Assembly (NCBI GenBank): GCA_021129515.1
Contig: JAJOLD010000006.1
Coordinates: 1 to 50,933, forward strand
DNA: 50,933 nt
Reading direction: 5' to 3'
From: Minisyncoccota bacterium
Lineage (GTDB): Bacteria; Patescibacteriota; Minisyncoccia; Phycocordibacterales; UBA918
How positions within the stretch are numbered: position 1 is the stretch's first letter; each line of letters begins with the position of its first letter. The position numbers were made by a program, and so were the translations under genes. Under the pieces are notes generated by a model that did no database searches, was not told the origin of the DNA, and was given only the letters and a program-made list of their open reading frames with translations. Below are positions 18,830 to 29,700 of the stretch, piece after piece.

Positions 18830-19003
18830 TTTGTCTTACTCGTACTAATTTGAAGAGTTGTATTGTGTAGGAACAATCCTGTTGAGAGTGTATCAGCTAG
18901 TGTTGTTTTGTAATATTGACACAAAACTTTTTTGTCATGTGCGGTCTATATTTGGTAAACGTGTGGCATACTTATTGAGTTCTTTTGAAGCAAGGAGTTA
19001 CGT

Positions 19004-19636
19004 ATGAGTAGACTTATTTGTATTGAAAGGTCCTGATGGTTCGGGAAAAACAACACTTTCAAAAAATTTGGTACGCACGCTGACTGAAGACAGTGTCGAG
19101 ACGATTTGCACGCGTGAGCCCGGAGGTACCGACGCAGGAAACAGTATTCGTGAGCTTGTGCTTCGGACTGATGTGGTACATGAAGCAAAGCTTTGTTTAT
19201 TTTACGCCGATCGCCTGCAACATTTGCATACTGTGGTGGTGTCGGCATTGCGGGCTGGAAAAACAGTCATTTCAGATCGTTCGGAATTGTCGACCTATAG
19301 TTACCAGGTACATCCCCATGAAGATGCAGTGTTGTTGGAGCTATTTCAGCATATGAGCAATCAAGTGCAGTCGGTGTTATCTGGGTTTCAGTGGACATGC
19401 TTGTTTGTCATTTGCCATATGAAGAGGCTGAAAGACGCATCCGTGACCGAATGGATGTTGGAGGTGAACATAACTCGTTTGATTGTGAACACGAACGGTT
19501 CAAGCGAGCAGTGCGCGATGGTATGCAACGAGGTCAGCAGCACCTCTGTGCTACCTATACCTTTCACGGTATCGATGCACAAGGTGACGAGCATGCGGTG
19601 TTGCATGAGGCTCGCACAACACTCGGGTATACGTAA
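19004..19636 (+). CDS. tmk: Thymidylate kinase with two mutually compensating frameshifts
   Basis: AAGGAG SD and ATG at 19004. MSRLICIE-GPDGSGKT appears once one A is removed at 19026-19028. TREPGGT, LFYADR and VISDR follow, with a return to the original frame near 19388. Confidence 0.88.
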
Positions 19637-19746
19637 AGGTATCTTTCTATAAAAGCGGTCGATGTGGTTGTCCGCTTTTTATTAATGGTGATGCTCAATG
19701 CTTACAGATATTTACAACTAGGCAAAAAAACTTGTATCATAACAGT

Positions 19747-20076
19747 ATGAAATTTTCTGAGTATCAAAAACAATCTCGTGAGACCGTAGTGTATCCAGAT
19801 GCAGGCAATAATTACGTGTATCCAACACTCGGGCTTGCAGGCGAGGGTGGTGAAATTGCAAATAAAGTGAAGAAAATAGCGCGAGACAATGCAGGCACCT
19901 TGAGTGATGAGGTGCGAGAAGCTCTAAAGGGTGAACTTGGTGACGTGTTGTGGTACGCCGCACAGCTTGCCACAGAGCTTGACCTCTCACTTGAGGACAT
20001 TGCAGAAGAGAATATCGTAAGATTACAATCACGGAAAGCGCGGGGTACATTGCATGGTGACGGGGATACACGATAA
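19747..20076 (+). CDS. MazG-like all-alpha nucleoside triphosphate pyrophosphohydrolase
   Basis: LGLAGEGGEIANKVKK...ELGDVLWY...GDGDTR. Confidence 0.92.
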   Translation: MKFSEYQKQSRETVVYPDAGNNYVYPTLGLAGEGGEIANKVKKIARDNAGTLSDEVREALKGELGDVLWYAAQLATELDLSLEDIAEENIVRLQSRKARGTLHGDGDTR

Positions 20077-20132
20077 GTATGTTGTAGTAGCAGCACAACA
20101 GAATACGGATTACTAAACTAAGGATTTTTATC

Positions 20133-21401
20133 ATGCAGAACGACGACTACACATACATTGAAAAACAAGACAAGGAGATTTATAACGCCCTTGTGGGTGA
20201 GGAAGAGCGTGAGCGGAAGGGGATTGAAATGATTCCAAGCGAGAACTACGTGTCGCGAGCCGTTCGCGAAGCGAACGGCTCAGTGCTCACGAACAAATAC
20301 GCTGAAGGCTACCCGGGCAAGCGCTACTACGGCGGGCAGATGTACACCGATGTAGTTGAGCAAATTGCCATAGACCGCGCTAAAGAGCTTTTCAATTGTG
20401 CGTACGCTAATGTGCAGCCACTCTCAGGTGCACCAGCAAACATGGCAATGTACTTTGCACTCCTTGAGCCAGGCGATACGGTCTTGGGTATGCACCTCGA
20501 ACACGGAGGTCACCTGACACATGGACATCCGACCACGTCGATCAACAAAGTGTTCAACTTTGTGCGCTACCAAATGAAAGATGTTGAGACAGGGGAGATA
20601 GACTATGACGAACTTCGCCGCGTTGCGCATGAGCATAAACCAAAAATAATTCTCGCTGGATTCTCTGCGTACAGTCGTGAACTCGACTATGCGAAGTTTG
20701 TGGAAATCGCGAAGGAAGTGGGAGCGTACACAGTTGCCGATATGGCACACATCGCAGGACTCATTGCAGGGGGTGCTGCGCGAAACCCATTTGATGATGG
20801 GTTTGACGTCATCACCACCACGACACACAAAACACTGCGCGGACCACGTGGTGGGATGATTCTGGTGCGTGAAGACGCCGATATTGCAAAGCGTATCAAT
20901 AAAACAGTCTTCCCTGGGACACAGGGTGGTCCACATATGAACAACATTGCCGCAAAAGCTGTCGCCTTCCACGAGGCGCTCCAGCCAGCATTCAAAGAAT
21001 ATGCTGTGCAGGTCTTGAAGAATGCAAAAGCAATGGAAGCTGTGTTTAAGGATGCAGATATTCGTATGCTTTGTGGAGGTACAAGCAATCACCTTATCCT
21101 CGCAGACGTGTATGGCTCATTAGGACTCTCAGGAAAAGAGGCAGAGGCAGTGCTCGACGCAGTCGGCATTACGGTAAACAAGAACATGATTGCAGGTGAA
21201 GTACGCTCGGCGCTCGATCCTTCAGGTATTCGGTTTGGAACGCCTGCTATGACCACTCGTGGTATGAAAGAAGTGCAGGCAACCAAAATTGCGGAACTTA
21301 TGGTAGAGACACTCCGCAAAGATGGACGCGCACAGGAGGAAATCAAAAAGGAGCTAGAGGAACTGTGTGAAGCATTTCCAGTACCAGACACATTTGTGTA
21401 A
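20133..21401 (+). CDS. glyA: Serine hydroxymethyltransferase
   Basis: SENY, NKYAEGYPGKRYYGG, GGHLTHG, TTTTHKTLRGPRGG, SGIRFGT. Confidence 0.98.
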   Translation: MQNDDYTYIEKQDKEIYNALVGEEERERKGIEMIPSENYVSRAVREANGSVLTNKYAEGYPGKRYYGGQMYTDVVEQIAIDRAKELFNCAYANVQPLSGAPANMAMYFALLEPGDTVLGMHLEHGGHLTHGHPTTSINKVFNFVRYQMKDVETGEIDYDELRRVAHEHKPKIILAGFSAYSRELDYAKFVEIAKEVGAYTVADMAHIAGLIAGGAARNPFDDGFDVITTTTHKTLRGPRGGMILVREDADIAKRINKTVFPGTQGGPHMNNIAAKAVAFHEALQPAFKEYAVQVLKNAKAMEAVFKDADIRMLCGGTSNHLILADVYGSLGLSGKEAEAVLDAVGITVNKNMIAGEVRSALDPSGIRFGTPAMTTRGMKEVQATKIAELMVETLRKDGRAQEEIKKELEELCEAFPVPDTFV

Positions 21402-21405
21402 TGTA

Positions 21406-21430
21406 ACTTAGGACACCCGATGTCCTAAGT
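21406..21430. repeat. Short REP-like palindrome after glyA
   Basis: ACTTAGGACA-CCCGA-TGTCCTAAGT. Confidence 0.6.
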
Positions 21431-21511
21431 CTCCTTGAACTGAAAAATACTCCAATCGAATGGAGTATTTTTGGTTATATAGAGCTGTATCAGGTACAAT
21501 ACACAGTGACT

Positions 21512-22603
21512 ATGATGCAAGCATTTCACAATACAAAAGCCAAGGTATATCGGCTGCGTCGGCACTGGCTCACGCTTTCTTTTTTCCTTGGTTTTGTCAT
21601 CGATAACATCACGCTCAACCGAGTCGACCAAGTGTTTGATAATATCGTGCTCTTTACCTATGTGGTGCTTGCAATGGTGAGTTTGCTGCTGCTCTATGCG
21701 AGTGTGTCAGGCAACATCTACGAACCCATTCGTGAGCGTGTCCGTGCCTTTTCGCCGCTCTTGGTGCAGTTCGCGTTTGGTGGGTTGCTTTCGGGGATTT
21801 TGATTTTCTATGGTCGTAGTGGTACCTGGTATGAAAGTTGGCCATTTCTTTTGGTGATTTTGGCAGTCATTTATGGAAACGAAACTATCAAAGATCGTTC
21901 ACAGCGGTTGGTGTTCAACCTGTCGATTTTGTTTGTGGGGCTCTTCTCGTATGTGGTGTTGGTGATTCCGGTATTCACGGGCATGATGGGTCCGTGGATT
22001 TTTATCGGCAGTGGCTTTATTGCGCTCACGGTCATGCACTTTTTTGTGCGTGTGCTACATCGTATTGTGCCGAACTTTATCGACATGCAGATGCGTTCAA
22101 TTATCTTTGTTATCGGTACTATCTACGCATCACTTAACTTTCTGTACTTCAGCAATATCATTCCGCCGATTCCACTGTCTATTAAAGAAGTGGGCATTTA
22201 CCACAGTGTCGTGCGCTATGGTGATGGTAATTACCAACTGACGTATGAAAAACCTGCATGGTACCAGTTTTTTCGTGATTCAGATAAACATTTCCACCAC
22301 CAGCCAGGTGATAACATCTACTGCTTTGCCTCAGTGTTTGCACCAACGCGACTTGCAACCGAGGTATACCATCGCTGGGAGTGGTATGACGAAGCAAATG
22401 CCGAATGGGTAGAACACGGGCGATTTTCATATTCAATTGAAGGAGGACGCGATGGCGGGTTCCGTGGATACACGCTCATCAAGAATTATCGTGAGGCAAA
22501 GTGGCGCTGTACGGTAGAGACCGAGCGAGGGCAGGTGATTGGTCGCGAGGTGTTCTTTGTTGAGGGAGGTGCACCTGCCGAATTGGTCACTGACATACGG
22601 TAG
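21512..22603 (+). CDS. Multi-pass membrane protein with C-terminal DUF2914-like domain
   Basis: About 7 TM segments, then FASVFAPT...YHRW...GGRDGGFRGYT...WRCTVET..GQVIGR. Confidence 0.8.
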   Translation: MMQAFHNTKAKVYRLRRHWLTLSFFLGFVIDNITLNRVDQVFDNIVLFTYVVLAMVSLLLLYASVSGNIYEPIRERVRAFSPLLVQFAFGGLLSGILIFYGRSGTWYESWPFLLVILAVIYGNETIKDRSQRLVFNLSILFVGLFSYVVLVIPVFTGMMGPWIFIGSGFIALTVMHFFVRVLHRIVPNFIDMQMRSIIFVIGTIYASLNFLYFSNIIPPIPLSIKEVGIYHSVVRYGDGNYQLTYEKPAWYQFFRDSDKHFHHQPGDNIYCFASVFAPTRLATEVYHRWEWYDEANAEWVEHGRFSYSIEGGRDGGFRGYTLIKNYREAKWRCTVETERGQVIGREVFFVEGGAPAELVTDIR

Positions 22604-22732
22604 TACCTGAGTGAGGGATTGAATCTCTTACTCAGTGATACAGGGGTCGGACCCCTGTATGTGTTGGGTGGATTGGTAATGTGGTGAGAATTTTTGTATT
22701 GTGTGTGGGATATTGCAAATATACGCTACGTT

Positions 22733-24412
22733 ATGAAATCTATTTTAGAGGAGGCAATTAAAAACGCACTGACAGAGCTTGGTCTTGACCATGTTGATTT
22801 TGTGGTGGAGCATCCGTCAGATATGGCGCATGGTGACTATGCAACCAATGTTGCAATGGTCCTCGCGAAGAAAGCTGGGAGAAATCCACGCGAGCTTGCG
22901 GAGGACATTATTGCAGCGCTCGATGGAAAGGTTGCTGCGGTGGCGCAGCTTGAGCTTGCAGGTCCTGGGTTTATTAACGTCCATCTCACACGTGATTTTT
23001 TTACGGAGCAAATCGTATACGCAAACAAGGAGGGTGCACAATGGGGAAGTAACGACATTGCGTCTGAAACCGAGGTTGTGCTCGAGTACACCAGCCCAAA
23101 TCTTTTCAAGCCACTCCATATTGGTAACTTAGTGGGGAATATTATTGGTGAATCACTCACGCGGCTCTTTGAGAACGCGGGAGCAACACTGTATCGCCTT
23201 AACTATCCGTCAGATATTGGTCCGGTGGTAGCAAAAGGTGTGTGGGGTCTTAAGTATCGTGGGCTTAATCCAGATAACATCGAAGACCTTGGTCGTGCCT
23301 ATGTAGCAGGTAATGAAGCGTACGAAGCTGGTGGCGCACAGAAAGAAGAAATCGATGCAGTCAACCGTGCTTTGTATGCTGGAGATGACGATGCATTGAA
23401 TGCATTGCGTGCTCGAGGTATTGCTACGTCACGTGCACGGCTCGCTGAGATTTGTACGGAGCTTGGCACTCATTTTGATTTTGAGATTTTAGAAAGTGAA
23501 TCTGGTCCAATTGGGTCTGAGATTGTGAAAAAACATGTTGATGATGTATTTGAAGTGAGTGATGGTGCTGTTGTCTACCGAGGTGAGCAGGTGGGACTCC
23601 ATACGCGTGTCTTTATCAACTCGCAAGGGCTGCCAACATACGAGGCTAAAGACCTTGGCAACTTCACGATAAAACAAAAAAAATATCCCAACTGGACGCA
23701 TTCGATTATTGTCACTGGTGGTGAGCAGGCTGAGTACTTTAAGGTGCTCTATGCCTCGATTCGTGCTCTATGGCCAGAAGCGAAAGCAAAAAACTTAGAG
23801 CACATTCCAACCGGCTTTCTCACACTCACAACGGGTAAGATGTCCTCTCGAAAAGGAAATGTACTGACCGGAGAGTCGCTTCTTGCTGAGTTGAAGGAAG
23901 CGGTGCAAGAAAGAGCAGCAGCATCACGCGCGGAAGATGTTGAGAAACTCGCATCGCAGCTCGCTGTTGGTGCGCTCAAGTTCCAGATTCTTAAGCAAAA
24001 GGTAGGTATGAATATTGTGTTTGATAAGGGGCGAGCATTGTCGTTTGAGGGTGACTCAGGTCCCTATGTGCAGTACACCCATGCGCGCATCTCCTCACTC
24101 ATACAAAAGGCTGACGCTGAAGGCATTACCGCACATTACAACACAGTTCCCGACACGACGTATGCGATAGAGAAGTTTCTCTATCGCTTTAATGAAGTAA
24201 CGAGTATGGCGCTTGAGGCTCGTGAGCCCCATCATCTGGTGACGTACTTGCTTGAGATCGCAAGTGCTTTCAACACCTTCTATGCGCAAGAAAAGATAGC
24301 TGATGCGGATGATGCATATGCACCATACAAACTCGCACTTACACAGGCGGTAGGGCAGACGATTAAAAATGGACTATGGATGCTGGGTATTGAAGCGCCA
24401 GAGCGGATGTAG
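22733..24412 (+). CDS. argS: Arginine--tRNA ligase
   Basis: GDYATNVA, AGPGFIN, EYTSPN.KPLHIGN, KMSSRKG, GDSGPYVQYTHAR, C-terminal PERM. Confidence 0.98.
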   Translation: MKSILEEAIKNALTELGLDHVDFVVEHPSDMAHGDYATNVAMVLAKKAGRNPRELAEDIIAALDGKVAAVAQLELAGPGFINVHLTRDFFTEQIVYANKEGAQWGSNDIASETEVVLEYTSPNLFKPLHIGNLVGNIIGESLTRLFENAGATLYRLNYPSDIGPVVAKGVWGLKYRGLNPDNIEDLGRAYVAGNEAYEAGGAQKEEIDAVNRALYAGDDDALNALRARGIATSRARLAEICTELGTHFDFEILESESGPIGSEIVKKHVDDVFEVSDGAVVYRGEQVGLHTRVFINSQGLPTYEAKDLGNFTIKQKKYPNWTHSIIVTGGEQAEYFKVLYASIRALWPEAKAKNLEHIPTGFLTLTTGKMSSRKGNVLTGESLLAELKEAVQERAAASRAEDVEKLASQLAVGALKFQILKQKVGMNIVFDKGRALSFEGDSGPYVQYTHARISSLIQKADAEGITAHYNTVPDTTYAIEKFLYRFNEVTSMALEAREPHHLVTYLLEIASAFNTFYAQEKIADADDAYAPYKLALTQAVGQTIKNGLWMLGIEAPERM

Positions 24413-24581
24413 CACATGGGTAAGGGGTTCGACCCCTTACCTATGTGTGCATAACACCGTTGTGGGTTGCACAGATATTTTTTTCGTTATATAAAATAGC
24501 GTTTGCTTTGACTTTGGGCAAAGTCAAAGAAGGACGGGCCCCTGTGCGCGCAGGGTAGAAAGTACTTTTGAGGAAATAAAA

Positions 24582-25136
24582 ATGCTACAACAGAAGCAAC
24601 GAACGACGTGTTCTGTGAATGATTGGTTATATTCGGGCATTGCTCATCCAGATGATGTGGTGAGCTTGTGTATAAAAACGTGTAAGCCGGAACACCTTAC
24701 GGCTCCGCTGTGGATTAAGGTTTGTTCATCAAAAAACCTGCCTGGGTTGGTATTTTATTTTGATGTGTTGCCTGACCGGACCACGATTATTGAAAAAGTG
24801 CAGGAAGGTATCACTGCGTTTCGTAGAGTGCAATGCACTTCGTCACAGCGCTTGATCATAAACGATCTTGTGTTTTGGGCTCCAGAGCCGTTGGACGAGT
24901 CACTAGCGTTACTTCGTGGATACTATTCCTTTTGCAATACTCCTATTCGTACTATTAAGGTGAGAATGGGTACGAGAGTGACACTGGTATATGATCACGA
25001 GCAGGATGCGGACAGTCCGTTTGATGTGCTACAAGCTCATTTGAACCGATATGGTTTCAGACCTGTCGAGTCAGAGCATTCCAAAGGTTTGGAGGCCGCT
25101 GCGGCGCTTGTAGACAGCAATCTTGCACATGCGTAA
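24582..25136 (+). CDS. Hypothetical protein
   Basis: GAGG SD and its own terminator hairpin at about 25156-25191. Confidence 0.6.
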   Translation: MLQQKQRTTCSVNDWLYSGIAHPDDVVSLCIKTCKPEHLTAPLWIKVCSSKNLPGLVFYFDVLPDRTTIIEKVQEGITAFRRVQCTSSQRLIINDLVFWAPEPLDESLALLRGYYSFCNTPIRTIKVRMGTRVTLVYDHEQDADSPFDVLQAHLNRYGFRPVESEHSKGLEAAAALVDSNLAHA

Positions 25137-25298
25137 CTAAAAGAGCTAACTGCTCAAAACCACGGAAGAAAGGAAACTTCCGTGGCTTTTTATTTTCTTG
25201 ACCTCGACACTCGTGCAGTATATAAAGGAAAGACACCCACTCTTGACGTGGTATAGGGGTGACGGGTGCGTTCTGACATAGACGATGGGAGAAGACGG

Positions 25299-25688
25299 AT
25301 GACAGGTGAATTGATTTTGCGAACAACCTTTTCAATAGCTGATAAAGAACCATTTGCATCATCTGGCACGACACCAGACAGTGTGACTGACGACATTATG
25401 CAGTATATGAATCCTGATTCAGGGGATAATACCGTGATGTACGATGGTGCTCGGGTAACGCTGAGTATGGCATACAGCGGCAGTAACAGTGGTGAAATTG
25501 GCAATCCGCAGGTGGCAGACTTTGAACTCGACTCACCAATGGATGCAGGTTTATTTCGTGAAAAAATTCGGGAGCAGGTCACAAAGCTACAGGAAGCGTT
25601 TTTTACCGATGCACAAAACCAGGGTGTCGGTCGTTCAAAAAAAAGCATCGACCGCTCTGGCGGTGGTCGGTACAATCCAGCTTCCTGA
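25299..25688 (+). CDS. Hypothetical protein
   Basis: GGAG SD before ATG 25299 and a terminator at about 25766-25796. Confidence 0.6.
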   Translation: MTGELILRTTFSIADKEPFASSGTTPDSVTDDIMQYMNPDSGDNTVMYDGARVTLSMAYSGSNSGEIGNPQVADFELDSPMDAGLFREKIREQVTKLQEAFFTDAQNQGVGRSKKSIDRSGGGRYNPAS

Positions 25689-25935
25689 AAGTCGTGACAG
25701 TGCATATAAACAAACGGTGAGAGTCCATCCTGGACACTAGTAAAGCACCATAAACTCCAACCAAGAAAGGTCACGAACACCATGTGGCCTTTTTTATTGA
25801 GTAATTATGCTGCAAACTTTGGTAGTACACACATAGTACCTATTGTTGGTTGTATAAATGTTCGTACAGGCGTATAAAGAGTTTATACCTGCCCAATATT
25901 TGGGGAGAGGTGTTCACAGGTCAAAGGAGAAGATA

Positions 25936-26406
25936 ATGGAGACACATACACTATGCATGCGTGTTCGAGGTGATGCACGAGAATATCAGCATTCTACTGG
26001 TCGGGAAACAGATATTGGGTACACTGTATCCAACATCCACAGCGGGGTGCAATCACTTCCTGATTGGAAAGGTGAAAAAGGACAGCGGGCAACGTATCCA
26101 AAATGGGTAGTCACGCAAGTTGATGGTGAAGAGATAGATTTTTTATTCTCACCCGTGTGGGATAACCAACGACATACATCTACTGCATTTTGCAATCGGG
26201 TAAATGTGCAGTGGCAGTTCTATACTACGCTTGCGCAACAGATGTCAGGACCAGTGTTTGTCACAATAAACGATGATCATAGTTATGCAGTCCACCAAGA
26301 ACCTAATGGGTTTGTTTCGGTGCTTGCAGACTACCTTGAGTACCTGAATGAAAAACTCAGGTTAATCACACTCCACTGTGGTGAGTATCGGTTCCCATGT
26401 ACATGA
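25936..26406 (+). CDS. Hypothetical protein
   Basis: AAGGAG SD before ATG 25936 and a terminator-like hairpin at about 26550-26590. Confidence 0.6.
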   Translation: METHTLCMRVRGDAREYQHSTGRETDIGYTVSNIHSGVQSLPDWKGEKGQRATYPKWVVTQVDGEEIDFLFSPVWDNQRHTSTAFCNRVNVQWQFYTTLAQQMSGPVFVTINDDHSYAVHQEPNGFVSVLADYLEYLNEKLRLITLHCGEYRFPCT

Positions 26407-26782
26407 CCGCATACAAACGAGTTTGATAGTTTGGAAAGATTCATGCGTATTTTTCCGAAAAAAATGCATGCGTGCTATAAAATCGCAGAGAAGGGAGATT
26501 CGGTCACATGTCACCCAATTACTCTGTGAGTGTATCAACCTACTCAATGAAAGCCCTGCGGTTCCACCAACGACGTGGAAGGGCTTTTTTGTTTTGGCAG
26601 ACACCGACGTTTGTTCTGTGCAAATTGTAAAAAAGTGCTAGGATAGGACGTATCCGCATGACTCTATCAGTGTACGGTGACATGAATAGGTGTGCGGGCG
26701 TGTCTGATACACACGGCTGATGTACTTCTCGGATTGCGAGTTGTACATCGGGATTATTATGTCTGATATACATATCATAAGT

Positions 26783-29700
26783 ATGAGTGATAAGAATAAG
26801 TATAAAGAGAATGTGACTGCGTCACATTCTGAAGATGGTGTAAAGAGCGACGTTGCACGTCGCGAAGAGGACGTGCTCGCATTTTGGAACGAGCATGACA
26901 TTTTTAATAAAAGCCTAGAAAAAGAATCACCCGAGGGTGATTTTGTATTTTATGACGGGCCGCCGTTTGCAACGGGTCTGCCGCACTATGGGCATATTTT
27001 GGCAGGGACTATTAAAGACGCAATCCCGCGCTTCTGGACGATGAACGGTTACCATGTGAAGCGAAAGTGGGGATGGGATTGTCATGGGTTGCCGCTTGAA
27101 AATATTATTGAGAAGCGACTTGGATTTTCTACCAAGCGCGACATTGAAGAATTTGGTATTAAAAATTTTAATGAAGCAGCACGAGACGCGGTGATGGAGT
27201 ATGCAGACGATTGGAAACAGGTTATCCCGCGCATGGGTCGTTGGGTAGATATGGAAGATGACTACAAGACCATGGACCCTACCTATACTGAGTCTGTGTG
27301 GCATGTGTTTAGTGAGCTCTATAAGAAGGGGTTGGTGTATGAAGGGTTTAAGAGCATGCACCTGAGTCCACGTAGTGGTACCACGTTGTCGAACTTTGAA
27401 GTTAATCTTGGGTATAAAGACATTAAAGATATTGCGGTTACGGTGAAGTTGCCACTCCTTGATGAAGCTGGCGAGGTGACTGATACATCGCTTCTTGTAT
27501 GGACCACCACCCCATGGACATTGCCGGGCAACATGGCAGCAGCGGTTCATAATGATCTCGAGTACGAGTGCGTAGAAGTAGAAACTGATGCGGGAAAAGA
27601 AAAATATATTTTGGCCAAGGAACGACTTATACAGCTTGGTGATATTCCATATCAAGTGCTGGAAACCATTCTCGGAAGCGCCTTGACGGGTAAGAAATAT
27701 CAACCACCATTCCCATGGCTCGGTGAACAGAAATTTGAAGGTAAAGATACGGCTTGGACTATCTACCACGCTGACTACGTCGAAGTAGGTGAGGAAGGAA
27801 CGGGAGCGGTACACATTGCCCCTGCCTACGGTGAGGAAGACCTCGCACTCGCGCAGGAAGAAGGTATCCCAATTGTGCATCATGTCGACTACGAGGGGCG
27901 TTTCATGGACTTCGTTACTGACTTTGCTGGGCAGCTTGTCAAGCCAAAGGATGACGATGATGCGGGCGTCACGCACCTTGATGCTGATATTGAGATTGTG
28001 AAAGCACTGAATGCGTCAGGGAAACTCTTTAAGAAAGAAAATATCACCCACAGCTATCCACACGATTGGCGCAATGGTGCACCACTTCTCAACTATGCAA
28101 CTACATCATGGTTTGTTGCGGTAACAAAAATCAAGGAAGAGCTTGTTGCTGCGAATAATACCGTGCACTGGGTGCCTGAACATGTCGGCACTAATCGGTT
28201 CGGAAAGTGGCTTGAGGGTGCGCGCGATTGGGCGGTCTCACGGCAGCGATACTGGGGTGCGCCGCTGCCGATTTGGCAGAATCCTGAAACTAAAGACTTC
28301 AAAGTGCTTGGGTCACTGCAAGAGATTCGAGAGCATGTACGTCGGTCAGGGAATGCCTTTTTCTTGATGCGTCATGGGGAGGCGGATTCTAATGTCACAG
28401 GCTTCTCAAGCACCAAGATAGACGCAGCGAACCCAATGACTGAAAACGGTACGGCGCAAGTTGCTGATGCGCTGGTGGGACTCAAAGAGAAAAATATTGA
28501 CCTTATTATTGCATCACCATTCCAGCGCACTCGTGAAACTGCTGAGCAAGTTGCAGAAGGACTCGGTATCGCAAAAGACGCAATTGTATACGACGAACGT
28601 ATCGGCGAGGTGCAGTTGGGGGCGATTGATGGGGTGAGTACCGAGGAGTACCACCAGTTTCTCGATGAGGGCGGGTTGTGGTGCGAGTCTGCACCCGAAG
28701 GTGGTGAGTCATGGTCTGATGTGAAGCGGCGTGTGGGTGCGTTCCTCTATGACACTGACAAAGCATATGAAGGAAAGAATATTTTGGTCATTGCACACAA
28801 CAGCCCGCTACAGATGCTGGGTGCGGTCAATGATGGATTGTCACTGCGTGATGAGGCATTTGCCTATGATGCTGATGGCAAACGATACAACAATGCTGAG
28901 GTGCGTGAGTTGCCATTTGTGCCTATGCCACACAACGACAACTATGAGCTCGACTATCACCGACCGTATATCGATGATATTGAACTGTATGACTTTGACC
29001 CGAATGCACCTGAAGGTGCACGGGCAGGTGGCACCAAGCTCGAACGGGTGCCTGATGTCTTTGACTGTTGGTTTGAGTCGGGCGCAATGCCGTATGGGCA
29101 GCAGCACTATCCGTTCGAAAACCTTGATCAGTTCGACCCTGAGACGGGGAAGGGGTATCCAGCAAACTTCATCGCAGAAGGGCTTGACCAAACGCGTGGG
29201 TGGTTCTACTCACTCATTGTGCTGGGGACGGCACTCTTTGGGAAGTCGCCGTACCAGAACGTGATTGTAAACGGACTGGTACTTGCAGAAGACGGGAAGA
29301 AGATGAGTAAGTCGCTCCAGAACTATCCCGACCCAATGGAACTTGCTGATCGTGTGGGTGTCGATGCGATGCGCTTCTACCTCCTCTCCTCACCAATTAT
29401 CCGTGCTGAGGACCTTAATTTTGCAGAGCAAGGTGTCCTTGAATTGCAGCGAAAGAATATTGGACGGTTGCACAACGTACTTGCGATGTACGAGCAATAT
29501 GCAGACGAGTACACGAAAGCAGATGCAACCTCAACACAGGTCTTAGACCGCTGGATTCTCGCACGCCTCCATGAACTCACACGCGATGTTACTGCAGGAT
29601 TCAAAGGCTATGAACTCGATAAGGCAACGCGACCGATTACTGACTTTATTGATGATCTTTCGGTGTGGTATCTCCGCAGATCTAGAGATAGGCTGAAAAA

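Noticed and set aside
15423..20076. Prophage nucleotide-metabolism module, or anti-phage dCTP-depletion system
   Set aside because: No integrase, terminase, capsid or tail genes are present. The deaminase is the dUTPase-fold Dcd type, not the zinc-dependent kinase-deaminase type used in defence.
24480..26600. Integron cassette array
   Set aside because: No convincing RYYYAAC...GTTRRRY attC structures and no integrase.
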